Source: Limnochordia bacterium
GTDB lineage: Bacteria > Bacillota > Limnochordia > DTU080
Length of the DNA stretch: 64,000 nt
NCBI GenBank assembly: GCA_050951545.1
Contig: JBMNJG010000006.1
Coordinates: 96,001-160,000 of the forward strand
Reading direction: 5' to 3'
Part shown: positions 20,330 through 30,547 of the stretch, in pieces
How the letters are laid out: each line of letters starts with the position of its first letter
Position numbering within the stretch: position 1 is the stretch's first letter
The notes under the pieces: generated by a model
The model's database searches: none
Told to the model about the DNA's origin: nothing
The model's input: the letters and a program-made list of their open reading frames with translations, nothing else
Translations under genes and position numbers: made by a program

Positions 20330-23300
20330 CTAGTGCAGCCGCAGCCGCAGACTCCCTGCGGCTACAGCCTCTGCAGACAGCGTGATCTGCACCCCCTGAC
20401 CTGTCATTGTATAGGTCACTGCGTGCCACCCTGCCTCTGTGGAAGGTAGCTCCTCAGCGTCGGGACACCAGCCCAGGCGCTCCGGAATCACTTCGGATGC
20501 CGGCACAGTAAGCCGTAGGGGGGCCGTAGCCAACACGCGCCACATGCCATCTGTCTGTCGCTCCAGATAGCCCGTGTGCATGACTTGCCAGCTCTTGCCA
20601 CCTGCAAAGGGGAACCCGCCCAGGCCGTCCTGGGTAGTGACCCGGGTCGTCTCGCCCTCAATCTCCACCTTGCGAACCGGATAGGCGGTCTGCATGCGCC
20701 CGTCATCGATGAAGATCTCGCGTCCTTCCAGACCAACCAGCTCAGGGAAAGCCCCCTCAATCAGGAAGCCATCAGATTCGCTCTTGGCAATCGTACCTTG
20801 AAGTGCATCGCCCGAGGCGAGCAACTGCAAGCCGTACTCCCCGATGCTGATACTGCGACCACCGATGACACCGAGAATGTCCAATCCTGATGGCTGCACA
20901 GAGGCGACGCCCGCTAGGCCTTGGAAGGCCAGCTCGCCGTGCCGAGTCACTGCGGTCACCGCCTGCGGAACGATCCCATGTAGCAGGTAATCCGTATGGG
21001 CGCCAGCTTCGACCTCCACGGCCACGGTGCCAGTGGCCCCGCTCACCTGCTCGCCGTCGAGCGTCAGCCTGCGCGCATTCTGTACCAGTGGTTCCTTTCC
21101 ATAGCCCTCATAAAGACTCAGGTAACGACTCTCGAGCACATCGTCATCGCCCTGTGTATGTCGCCGAATGACGAACGGCAAGGTGGTATAAGGATCCTTC
21201 GTAGCCCGCTGTCCCCACCCATCCGCGATCAGTGTCTTCTCACCAGCGGCATCGAGGGCCAGGGTCTGCAGCCAACCACTGCCGGTGCGCCAGCGCAAGC
21301 GCCAATCGGCAGCCTGCCCCCCACGTACGTCGGTAAGCTGGTAGCGGGCCAGCGACGTATCGTCCGGCTGAAGCTCGATCCCGTCGGCCTCAAATCTCTT
21401 GCCAGGCCCATGGAAGACCAGATCGTGCTGCCCGCCGCCTTGCACGCGGAAGACATCGAAAAGATAGCTGTTCTCTCCCGGATGCTCTACCTGAGCCACA
21501 AAGCGGCGATACATCGAGGTCTTCGCATAGGCGTCTGAGGCCCCTTCCGTTACCTTGAAGCGCCCTAACGGATGGAAAAGCTGCACGTTGCCCCCACGGC
21601 CCCGTGTGCGCTGATCACTCTCATCGACCACCACCAGATTATGAGCTACCGAACGACGGGTCATAGCCGCTTGTGGGCTATCCCACAGGTACCCGAGGTC
21701 AGAAAGCAGCTCCTGGCCGCCCTTCCAATAATACAGATCCAGACTGTCGTAGTGATGGTGACCTCCCCAGTCAGAGATGTTAAGAATCGCCGCCGCATCC
21801 TTGCCGTCGCGGCCTGCCCGCAGATAGGCCAGGCGCCAATCCGGAAAGAGCACATCCGGGAACTGAAGCGACGGTGCACTTCCCAGATCAAACGACGCAT
21901 CGCGGTACATCATGAGCAAGAAGAGGTTGCCCAGGCGCATGCGCAGTAGTGCCTTGAACTCCGGCACCTCGAAGCGCATTGCCATCAACATCACCATGAT
22001 GTCTGAGAGCGTACTCGTTGTGTACGAGTCAGCGATGGGTGGGTAGCGCAGACTTGGAAGCAGGCTGGCGTACATGCTCTGCCACACCGCTTGGTACTTC
22101 GCATCGCGATAGATGTCCAAGTTGTCGAACCGCTTGCCGTCGGGGTCTGTATAGCCCGGTGGATCGCTGTAGCCGTACAGGATCTCCCCCAGCTGCCAGA
22201 ACGAGTTCAGGACCATCAGGCCATAGGCCGGACTCTCAGATGGCGCGCCATCCGACAGAAACCAATCATCCAGTGTGCGGCGCAGGCCATCTAACCCCCA
22301 GCGGACTAAGAGCGGGTCTCCCACCACCGCACCGATGGCAGCAAGCGCCGTTCGCGCCGAGATAGTCTTGTTGTTGATCTGGTTGTCAGCCAGCAGAAGC
22401 TTGGTGCCCTCCATGAGCAAGTCTCGCTCAATGAGCAGGCGCTCTTCTTCGCTGAAGAGCTGATGTCCGTCCTCGTCCAGCGCATCGGCTACCATGTCGT
22501 AGGCCACTGTCACTGGCAAGAGGAAGGTACCCTCCATACCAGATGCTGTAGCCCGGCCCGCAGCCCAGTAACCAGCGTGCAGCTGTCGGTTCGGACGGTT
22601 TGGGGGAATGACCAGCTCATCGACTGGCAGATCTGTGATGTTCTCCGCAGCGACCAGAGCATCGATGTCCGCAAACTCGTGGTATCCCGAGTGTACCAGA
22701 TAACCCGGATAGACCTCTGCGAAGCGAGTGAGAATTGCCTTGGCCTGCTGTGCGTAGGCCACCTCGCCCGTCAGGGCATAGAGCAAGCCCAGATCCTCCA
22801 CCCGGGCCGCCATGTAGTTCACCTTGCGTACTCGAATGTGTCCTGTGAACGAAGAGGCCAGCGGAAAGCTGTTGAACACCCAGTTCTTGCTGCGATGGTA
22901 TGTGAAACGCTGCTCTTTGCCTTTCGAGGTAGCCACGATGACGATGTCCTCAGGAAAATCATCATTGGGAAACTGTCGACCACTCGAACGCTCGACGATC
23001 ACATCGGGTGCGTACGGCGACCAGTCCCAGTCACCGTGAGGAAATCCCCTGTCGGAAAGAGGTGAAGGAGTGAAGGCAGTCGTGGCTGGCGTGGTTTCCG
23101 GAATCATGTGGGCGATCTGCTCCGGGGTGTAGCTCATCACCAGCATCACGTTGTTCTTCAGTGAGGAGAGCGATTGACTAGCGAAGCTGTTTTGAGCGAA
23201 ATTCCTCTTAGCATTCTCCAGAAAAGAGCGCTTGTACAGACTGGCTGGCCGCTCTACCTGGCTGCGCCACTCTGCCCAACGCGAGAGGCTAAACGGCACG

Positions 23301-24100
23301 GCATAGGGCTCCTTCGGTGCGGCCGCGAGCGTCTCGCCCCTCGCCAAAGCCTGCTCCCGGCGAACAGCATCCAACTGCGTCACCTTCTCCTTGGTGTCCG
23401 TGTCACCGTAGACTAACGGCATCCAAACAGCTCGGTCTAGCTCTTCCCCTAGGAAACCCTCAGCCAACAGCACTCTCCCATCGACCGTGACCCGGACGTC
23501 CTTGATCTGAGTCGTTCCCCATCCGCCCAGATCAGAGTGCCAGTTCGCCAAGTAGGGCAGTGTGCCTGGCCCCCCCTTGCCTACCAGCAGCCAGGGCAGC
23601 CCTTGCCCGGGACGGGGCACAGAGGTGAGGAAGTGCCACGTCTCCATGTCATGAGAGGCAAATACCTCTACCATGCCACCCTTCCAGACCAGCCGCAGAC
23701 CGTTCCACGCGTTGGCCTGTGGACGAAACTGGAAGTCATGCTCGCGCACCCAGCTGTCCTCCACATAACCCTCCATGCGAAAGATGCTGCCTGCGATACG
23801 AATAGCGATCCACTTCGTGGCGTCCCAGTACAGGTAGATGCCAGGGGCCCACGAGGCACCCACTCCCCCCTGCACTCGCATCTGCAACTCTGCCACCAGT
23901 TCCTGCTCGGGTTCCTTCTCGAGAGCCAACGAGTGTACGCCAAGTGCGTAGGTGTTGGCATGGCTGTCTATCTGCAGAATCCCGTCGTGAATCAACAACT
24001 GTGAAGCACCTTGTGCCGCGACCTCATGCAGACTCAATACGAGGAATGAAAGCACGACCAGCACACCTAACGACCAGCGCCACGCTACTCCACGCCTCAT
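20330..24100 (-). CDS. Heparinase II/III-like (polysaccharide lyase-like) large secreted protein
   Basis: signal peptide; alpha-toroid region (LYALTGE..YA, SESPAY) then GGHHHYDSLDL, DLGY, AHNLVVVD; ATGA overlap with upstream gene. Confidence 0.8.
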   Translation of the reverse strand: MRRGVAWRWSLGVLVVLSFLVLSLHEVAAQGASQLLIHDGILQIDSHANTYALGVHSLALEKEPEQELVAELQMRVQGGVGASWAPGIYLYWDATKWIAIRIAGSIFRMEGYVEDSWVREHDFQFRPQANAWNGLRLVWKGGMVEVFASHDMETWHFLTSVPRPGQGLPWLLVGKGGPGTLPYLANWHSDLGGWGTTQIKDVRVTVDGRVLLAEGFLGEELDRAVWMPLVYGDTDTKEKVTQLDAVRREQALARGETLAAAPKEPYAVPFSLSRWAEWRSQVERPASLYKRSFLENAKRNFAQNSFASQSLSSLKNNVMLVMSYTPEQIAHMIPETTPATTAFTPSPLSDRGFPHGDWDWSPYAPDVIVERSSGRQFPNDDFPEDIVIVATSKGKEQRFTYHRSKNWVFNSFPLASSFTGHIRVRKVNYMAARVEDLGLLYALTGEVAYAQQAKAILTRFAEVYPGYLVHSGYHEFADIDALVAAENITDLPVDELVIPPNRPNRQLHAGYWAAGRATASGMEGTFLLPVTVAYDMVADALDEDGHQLFSEEERLLIERDLLMEGTKLLLADNQINNKTISARTALAAIGAVVGDPLLVRWGLDGLRRTLDDWFLSDGAPSESPAYGLMVLNSFWQLGEILYGYSDPPGYTDPDGKRFDNLDIYRDAKYQAVWQSMYASLLPSLRYPPIADSYTTSTLSDIMVMLMAMRFEVPEFKALLRMRLGNLFLLMMYRDASFDLGSAPSLQFPDVLFPDWRLAYLRAGRDGKDAAAILNISDWGGHHHYDSLDLYYWKGGQELLSDLGYLWDSPQAAMTRRSVAHNLVVVDESDQRTRGRGGNVQLFHPLGRFKVTEGASDAYAKTSMYRRFVAQVEHPGENSYLFDVFRVQGGGQHDLVFHGPGKRFEADGIELQPDDTSLARYQLTDVRGGQAADWRLRWRTGSGWLQTLALDAAGEKTLIADGWGQRATKDPYTTLPFVIRRHTQGDDDVLESRYLSLYEGYGKEPLVQNARRLTLDGEQVSGATGTVAVEVEAGAHTDYLLHGIVPQAVTAVTRHGELAFQGLAGVASVQPSGLDILGVIGGRSISIGEYGLQLLASGDALQGTIAKSESDGFLIEGAFPELVGLEGREIFIDDGRMQTAYPVRKVEIEGETTRVTTQDGLGGFPFAGGKSWQVMHTGYLERQTDGMWRVLATAPLRLTVPASEVIPERLGWCPDAEELPSTEAGWHAVTYTMTGQGVQITLSAEAVAAGSLRLRLH

Positions 24101-26862
24101 GGTGTTCCGAGCCCCCTTCTTCGTGATCGAACACTCATCTCGCATACATGCCAACCCGCTGGCACGTCATCCAGCACCGCCCAGCCGTCACAGAACACGG
24201 CCGAGCACCTGTGCCCGTCTAAGCGAAGTCGGACTCCTTTGTTCTTCGGTATCGGTAGCCAGACCTGCCCTGACGTGCCACTCGGCAGAAATACTTCCAG
24301 GCGAAAGCTAGCTCGTGGATCCTGTGAAAAGGCGACCTCCACAGGTCCACGCAGCGTCGGCACCCGGATCCTTCCCCAGGCCAACCGCCCCACCTGCGGC
24401 CTGATCCGTACGTACTCAAACCCAGGCGTCAGCGGCGTCACCCCCATCAGCCGACTTCCGATGATATAGCCCGTAAAAGCACCCGCCGGATGGAAGAGAC
24501 TCGTATTCCATTTCTGGTCGAGGTCCCAAGCCTCCCAGGTGGTGGTGGCCCCCTGGCGCACCATCTGCAGCGGACTCTCCGGACTGGGGTCCAGCAGCAG
24601 GGCGTGCGCGTACTCAGCTGCTCCGCTATCGTAGAGGGCCTCAAAGAGGAACTGCGCCAGAAAGAGGTTGCAGCTCAATCCTCTCGTCTTGATGAACTCT
24701 ACAACGGGACAACGGCGCTCGATTGGTACGAGACCCATGGCCACGGGAAAGACATTGGCATGCAACGATGAGTGCTCAGAGGCGGCGCCGTCTTCACCCA
24801 AGCCATCGACGTAACGTTTCTGCTGAGCATCCCACAAACGGCTGTTGATCACCTCAGCCAGAAGGGTCGCTCTTGTGCTGTAGGCGACAGCTTCCTCCGT
24901 CTTCTCCGACACCTGAGCAATCTTCCCCATCAGCACCAGTACCCGGTAGTAGACTGCGTTAACGACAATGTTGACGTGCAGCATCTCATGACCATCGCGC
25001 CGATTCTGCGGCCAGTCGACGAGATCGCGAAGCACCGCGTCGGTCCCGGCAAGCAGTCCTTCGGTGGTGCCGAAATTCGTCCGCAGGTAGTGCTCGATGC
25101 GCGCCAAGGCAGCGTAGTTGCGTACCAGAAAGTCCACATCGCCACTGTAGGTGTAGTACAACCAGGCCATCAGCACCGGGTACATCGTATACTCCGTGAA
25201 GAAATGATCTTTCGCGGCCGGAGCCAAACAGCGTACCTGGCCGTCCTCAGCTGACTGCAAGAGGTACTCGATCATGCGCCGCCCCAGGTTCCACTCCCCT
25301 GCCTGGTAGAAAGCGGCCGACATCTCCAACAGCGTGTCCAACGAGTAGTTGGCCTTCTCCCGAGTCGGACAGTCCATATAGACCTCTTGGGTGCCGACTT
25401 TGGTCGTGTACTTGCCCAGCTGCCACAGTGCATTCAGTCGAGGGTCGGCACAGGCGAAATCACTGGCCTCATCTGCGAAGGGGTAATGGCGGACGACTGC
25501 CGAGACTGTCACGCTGTCCATGATCCAGGAGTCGTCCTCTATATCCAGCCCGCTTCTGATCTCACCGTAGCGGAAAGCGCGGTAATCATAATGCTCGAGA
25601 GTCTGCCACCCGTCAGTGAGTGTCCACGTCTCTTGGTAGTCGCAGTTGCAGCGCATTTCATGGCGAACTCTCTGCGGAGCCACTAACTCCTCGCCCAAGA
25701 GAACCCTCAGCGGCATGCCGAACCAACCCCGCACACGCACACGCAAGGTGCCTGCTAGCTCTCGACCAAAGTCAAAGAAATACCCCCCAGCCTCAGTGCG
25801 ACTTACCGTCTGGGGAGCGACCTCATATACCACCAGCGGATCGGTTTCCTGTGCATGCAAGCGCCACGTGGGCTCGTCAACGACCGCGGCGGTCGTCCAG
25901 GCCCCATCATCATAGTCGACTGCAGTCCATTCCAGAATCAGCCCCCGAGCATCAATGTTCTCGGTAAAGCCCGTCCGGTAGCCCAGTGTGTGACCCGCCT
26001 GATAGGCCTTGAGCTGCAGCAGACGCCAACTCTCGTCGCTACCCAGACGCCACGTGCTGCCATCAACGAAACGGACCAGGAGCTCAAAGATGAACCCTGC
26101 ACGGCCGTCGCCACTGACCCAGACGTAGTTGCTCAAGTCTTGGTAGTAGGCATGGGCAGCGAGGCACATCGCCTGCCCGGGCCGCCAGTAATCGGTCAAG
26201 TCAAAGCCATTGTAGTTATACTCACGATCCGGATAGCTGGGGCCCGGCCCCTGCCCCACAAAGCAACCATTCACATAGAATTTGTAGTAATCATCTGCCG
26301 AGACGAAAGCATAGACCTCCTGCACTGCCTTGGAAGGTGCCCGAAACTGTCGGCGCAAAAGCACATGCTGGTTGGCCGTCACCTCGGGCGCCCAGATCCA
26401 CTGGGCCTGCCACTCGTCCCACAGCCCACACACAAAGCTCGCTGGCGAGGAGTAGTCTGAGACGAATCCGCCATCACCCCAGATGCGGACGCGCCAGTAA
26501 TAGCACCCTGCCGCCTGTAGGGGCTGCCCACCGTAGGCCACATGCAGAGTCTCGCCTGATTCCGCACGGCCACTGTCCCAGATGTCCGGCTGGTCTGCCA
26601 CCAAGGCTTCGAGCGTAGAGGCCACCTGAATCTGGTACGCCTCTTGACGCCTGCACGCTGGCCGTTGAGGCAGCTGCCACGAAAAAAGCGGTCGCTTTCG
26701 CTCCACCCCGATGGGGTTTTGACGCATTTCACACAGAAGCCCTGAAGGAATCGCCAGGCCTCCTTTGTGCTGCCTACAGATCACACCTAGACCCCCTTGG
26801 TCAATACTGCCAAGCACGAATCCTGGCTCTCCATTCCACACAGGCGGTACGAGGCCTTCCAT
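24097..26862 (-). CDS. Alpha-L-rhamnosidase, glycoside hydrolase family 78
   Basis: WDSG..YYWRVR N-domain, FDFGREL, MDCPTRE, DW, GATTTWEAW, SLFH, VPTLRG; true start may be ~26754. Confidence 0.9.
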   Translation of the reverse strand: MEGLVPPVWNGEPGFVLGSIDQGGLGVICRQHKGGLAIPSGLLCEMRQNPIGVERKRPLFSWQLPQRPACRRQEAYQIQVASTLEALVADQPDIWDSGRAESGETLHVAYGGQPLQAAGCYYWRVRIWGDGGFVSDYSSPASFVCGLWDEWQAQWIWAPEVTANQHVLLRRQFRAPSKAVQEVYAFVSADDYYKFYVNGCFVGQGPGPSYPDREYNYNGFDLTDYWRPGQAMCLAAHAYYQDLSNYVWVSGDGRAGFIFELLVRFVDGSTWRLGSDESWRLLQLKAYQAGHTLGYRTGFTENIDARGLILEWTAVDYDDGAWTTAAVVDEPTWRLHAQETDPLVVYEVAPQTVSRTEAGGYFFDFGRELAGTLRVRVRGWFGMPLRVLLGEELVAPQRVRHEMRCNCDYQETWTLTDGWQTLEHYDYRAFRYGEIRSGLDIEDDSWIMDSVTVSAVVRHYPFADEASDFACADPRLNALWQLGKYTTKVGTQEVYMDCPTREKANYSLDTLLEMSAAFYQAGEWNLGRRMIEYLLQSAEDGQVRCLAPAAKDHFFTEYTMYPVLMAWLYYTYSGDVDFLVRNYAALARIEHYLRTNFGTTEGLLAGTDAVLRDLVDWPQNRRDGHEMLHVNIVVNAVYYRVLVLMGKIAQVSEKTEEAVAYSTRATLLAEVINSRLWDAQQKRYVDGLGEDGAASEHSSLHANVFPVAMGLVPIERRCPVVEFIKTRGLSCNLFLAQFLFEALYDSGAAEYAHALLLDPSPESPLQMVRQGATTTWEAWDLDQKWNTSLFHPAGAFTGYIIGSRLMGVTPLTPGFEYVRIRPQVGRLAWGRIRVPTLRGPVEVAFSQDPRASFRLEVFLPSGTSGQVWLPIPKNKGVRLRLDGHRCSAVFCDGWAVLDDVPAGWHVCEMSVRSRRRGLGTP

Positions 26863-27020
26863 TTAGTGGAGTCTTCGCCCTTTCGGCATCGTTAGTGAAA
26901 CAGCGCGGGGTCCTGAATAGTATGTCGCTCGGTGGAAGGTAACGAATGAGCGCGGCCGAAGTACGCGATTCACCCAAGAGTGTGAGGGCGCAACGATGTT
27001 AGGGAGAGAGTGAGCAGACC

Positions 27021-29009
27021 ATGAGCATTCGTCGTACGGCGAAAGACACGATCACTGCAATAGATATGAACGTGGGGGACACTTTGTATTTCACACTGCG
27101 TAGCGGCGATGTACGTGTATTCACGCTGCTGGGGACGCACGCGCGCCTAATCTACACGAATCTAGACCGCGTAAAGGACGGGCGGCCAGGCGGCGCTACG
27201 ATACTGCATTTCAGCTGTGAAGCACGCGTCGACGGTCACGTCATCACACTCGAGCGCTTTATTGGTTCACAAGAGAGCTTCTATGTACCCTATGTGATCA
27301 ATGGAGTGAGAATCTGGTTCGACGCGGTTGCAGAAATATTCGAGTTTCTCAACGAAGACCATGGTCTCTGCCGGCCATCCAAACAGGCCAGGTTTGCCAT
27401 AAGTGACGCAAAAGATCGGATCTGCCCCGATGTCTTGAGGACCTGGTGTCCCCTGCCCTCAAATACGTTGGATATCTCTGACTGCTATAACGGAGATGAT
27501 TGCTGGCTTGGGCCGTATTTCGGTGCCGACGCCCATGGCGGCTTAGATGTCAACCATCCAAAGGGAACACCCATCTGGGCACCGATAGCTATCGACGATC
27601 ACTACCTTTTCGAGAGCCTCGAGGCTGGACATAACAACAATCGGTGGCGCGGAATCCGCCAGTGGCCAGATGGGGATGTTTGGATCCTCCAAAACCATCA
27701 CATCCTAAATTTGCTGGTCCCCGAACATACCCCAATTCCATCGGGTGCGCTGTACGCCCAAGCGGCGGGTGTACACGTCGGGTCACATGAGCATTCTCAT
27801 TTTGCCTTCCGCGTTCAATGTGCTCAAACCAAAGAGCAAGTGCTTCTGGATCCCTGGATCCTTTTCTGGCAGACATTCGAGGATCGACGCCAGAGAAGAG
27901 GAGAGATTCGCGCCGAAGTGCGCCCACTGCAGCCTGCAAGAGTAGGGCAACCGATCTCTTTTGGTAGCGAGGGATCCTCTCCGGGCCCCAATGGCACCGA
28001 CTTAGTCTACTACTGGACGTTTGGGGACGGTGGGTGGTCAAATGCTCCGAACCCGACTCATGTGTACGCCAAGCCAGGAATGTATGCAGTTACCCTCACG
28101 GTAGATGATGGTAGTGAACGACACTCGTGTGCCCAGCACCTCACTATAGACGGTGAGGAGCTGGACTCCCCTTGCTTCGGGCTCGCTGCCCCTGACGAGA
28201 TCACGTTTGACCAGCGTCGTCTCAGTGTGCAAGACATATACGGAGAACCTGTGCGCTTCCTCCCTCATACGCTTTACCTCGTCGCTCGCCCGACGAGACC
28301 GAAACCGAGTATGCGCGTGATCCACGTACACAATGTGGGAAAGGGTGAGTTGCCTCCTGTTGAGATCTCCGAGATTCGGTACTCAAGGGGTTCGGGCTGG
28401 CTCACTGTGGAGTTAGCAGGAGAAGGAGACGGACAGACCCTACGGGTCCAGGCAGACGCCACAGGACTCAGCCCGGGTGAGTATGTGGCTACAGTCGAAG
28501 TGATATGTCCAGGAGCGGTAAACGAGGTCCAGGGTTTCTTGGTGCGCCTTCTCGTGCCAGCTCAGCAGCCTCTTCACCGAGAACTAGGCAACCTAAAAAG
28601 GGTTGTCGTTGATGATAGTGACATAGGCTTTTACCGCTCTCCGTATTTCTGGGTCGGTCACAGGGTACACCGAGTCGAAAAGAGGGGTTTCCGAGGGTTC
28701 TCGCTTACCAACGGGGGGCGAGCGACTCCCGGGGAGTATGCTCGGTTCACGCCTGACCTGGCAACTGGTGAGTACCGAGTCGAGCTACACGACGAGACGC
28801 CCTTTGAAGGAGACCCTGGATTCTTCGTTCGTGTACGGCACAGTCTTGGAGATGACACGATCTGGATCGAACCCGCGAAGTCCCGGACAGTAGGGGTATT
28901 TCACTTCGATGAAGGGACCGATGGCTTCGTGGAGATCCTGGCCGAGGATTCCCGCGGCCACGTCATTGCCGATGCCGTCTCCTTCATGCGCGTCGATCAG
29001 GAAACCTAG
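27021..29009 (+). CDS. PKD-domain protein with an M23-peptidase-like central region
   Basis: HGGLD..PKGTPIWAP and HEHSHF motifs; PKD signature YYWTFGDG..NPTHVYAKPGMYAVTLTVDD; C-terminal VIADAV beta-sandwich. Confidence 0.7.
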   Translation: MSIRRTAKDTITAIDMNVGDTLYFTLRSGDVRVFTLLGTHARLIYTNLDRVKDGRPGGATILHFSCEARVDGHVITLERFIGSQESFYVPYVINGVRIWFDAVAEIFEFLNEDHGLCRPSKQARFAISDAKDRICPDVLRTWCPLPSNTLDISDCYNGDDCWLGPYFGADAHGGLDVNHPKGTPIWAPIAIDDHYLFESLEAGHNNNRWRGIRQWPDGDVWILQNHHILNLLVPEHTPIPSGALYAQAAGVHVGSHEHSHFAFRVQCAQTKEQVLLDPWILFWQTFEDRRQRRGEIRAEVRPLQPARVGQPISFGSEGSSPGPNGTDLVYYWTFGDGGWSNAPNPTHVYAKPGMYAVTLTVDDGSERHSCAQHLTIDGEELDSPCFGLAAPDEITFDQRRLSVQDIYGEPVRFLPHTLYLVARPTRPKPSMRVIHVHNVGKGELPPVEISEIRYSRGSGWLTVELAGEGDGQTLRVQADATGLSPGEYVATVEVICPGAVNEVQGFLVRLLVPAQQPLHRELGNLKRVVVDDSDIGFYRSPYFWVGHRVHRVEKRGFRGFSLTNGGRATPGEYARFTPDLATGEYRVELHDETPFEGDPGFFVRVRHSLGDDTIWIEPAKSRTVGVFHFDEGTDGFVEILAEDSRGHVIADAVSFMRVDQET

Positions 29010-29041
29010 TTGAGTCCAACTTGCCGGGCAGTCAGCCGACA

Positions 29042-29073
29042 GTGGAGAAGGGCGATTCCCCACCCTTCTCCAC
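29042..29073. terminator. Hairpin between convergent genes
   Basis: GTGGAGAAGGG...CCCTTCTCCAC. Confidence 0.6.
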
Positions 29074-29110
29074 ACACCTGGCTTCTTCGTGACGCGCTTG
29101 GGCAATCGGC

Positions 29111-29269
29111 TTATTGTTCAGGCTGCTGGGGCTGATCGGACGAGCCGCAACCGGAGCGGACGCTGCAACTGGCACAGTCTCCGCACCCCGAGCCTCCCCT
29201 GATAAGGCGTACTATCCCGTAGAAGGCCAGTACTCCAACACCTATGACGAACACAGCACTCAACGCCAT
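29111..29269 (-). CDS. Small Cys-rich membrane protein (FeoB-associated Cys-rich membrane protein-like), 52 aa
   Basis: hand-translated MALSAVFVIGVGVLAFYGIVRLIRGGSGCGDCASCSVRSGCGSSDQPQQPEQ; RBS GAAGGGGAG; absent from the ORF track. Confidence 0.75.
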   Translation of the reverse strand: MALSAVFVIGVGVLAFYGIVRLIRGGSGCGDCASCSVRSGCGSSDQPQQPEQ

Positions 29270-29479
29270 GCGCCCCACTCCCCTTCGAGAGTTAGGCGTG
29301 CCTAACTCTCCGTCGCGCTTATTCTAACCAGACCGTCCGTCCGTGTCAAGAGGTGACGAAGTCGTTGTGGCACAGTGTCTTGTTCGGAGCGGACAGGGAT
29401 GGAACTGCTGCGCAGCGAAGCATACCCATCATCACGGCATGGGCTTCCCCTTTCCCTGGCAGCCAAAGGAGACTCGCAC

Positions 29480-30547
29480 ATGGGCCCCCCACTGGCAGAA
29501 GCGACCTCGATCCAGCTTGTGGCTGTTCAAATGCGTCTTGACATCAACGACTTCTGGACGCGCAGCGGCTTTGAAATGAAGATCCGCCGACTGATGGAAC
29601 AGGTAGCCGCGCAGACCGATCGGCACCTACCAGCGCTCGTCGTGTTTCCAGAGGACGTCGGACTGCTGTTAGTGGCCCAAGGAATGCAGCGGCATCTGAC
29701 AGGAGTCCGTTCGATCGACACCGCACTGAAAACAGCCATCAAGACGCATCTTCTGCCACTGGCCGTGACAAGGTCACTACACAGGCTGGCTTGGGTACCT
29801 GCACTCTTTTTTCACAGAAACCAGATCATTGCCGAGACCTACTTCGACGTCTTTGCCCACTTGGCTCGGGAGTACCAGGTGTATCTCGTCGCCGGATCGG
29901 TTGTGTTGCCTCCCTATGCGCTAACTGACGGCCAGGTCCAGTGGCGCGCAGGTCCGATAGAACACCGTATGTATAACACCTCGTACTTCTTTGGGCCTGA
30001 TGGGAGAGTAGTTGGCCGACAGGACAAAGTCTTTCTAATCGACCTGGAAAAAGAGGGTGCCTTGCACCTCAACGCTGGTGCCCTCGAGTCGCTAAGAGCG
30101 TTCGAGACCCCGTTGGGAAGGGTAGGCATCGCCATCTGCTTTGATGCCTTTCAGAACGAAGTGATTGATGCCTTGTCGAGACAGCGAGCGCAGATTCTCG
30201 TGCAACCTTCAGCCAACGTCGGACGCTGGAATGCTGAACAGCAGGTCGACTGGCTCCGGAGCAGCTACCAGCGGACCTTCACCGAGGGACGCTTTGAATA
30301 CGCCGTCAATCCAATGCTGAATGGACCGCTATGGGATATCGGCTTCTTTGGCCAATCGAGTATCGTCGCCAAAGAACCCAACGGGCTGCCAGCCGCTGGA
30401 CCACGTGGGGTGGGGTATCAGGATCTGGAACCTGCCAAAGGCTTCATTCGCGTCGCTTCTTCCGACCGCAGTGAGGAGATCCTGGTAGCGGCAGTGCCTC
30501 ACCCCCATGCTCAAGGAGATCCAAATAGAACGGGATGTGGCAAGTGA
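29480..30547 (+). CDS. Carbon-nitrogen hydrolase (nitrilase) family protein
   Basis: E-K-C triad: VFPED, QDKVFL, ICFDAF; RBS AAAGGAG before 29480. Confidence 0.85.
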   Translation: MGPPLAEATSIQLVAVQMRLDINDFWTRSGFEMKIRRLMEQVAAQTDRHLPALVVFPEDVGLLLVAQGMQRHLTGVRSIDTALKTAIKTHLLPLAVTRSLHRLAWVPALFFHRNQIIAETYFDVFAHLAREYQVYLVAGSVVLPPYALTDGQVQWRAGPIEHRMYNTSYFFGPDGRVVGRQDKVFLIDLEKEGALHLNAGALESLRAFETPLGRVGIAICFDAFQNEVIDALSRQRAQILVQPSANVGRWNAEQQVDWLRSSYQRTFTEGRFEYAVNPMLNGPLWDIGFFGQSSIVAKEPNGLPAAGPRGVGYQDLEPAKGFIRVASSDRSEEILVAAVPHPHAQGDPNRTGCGK

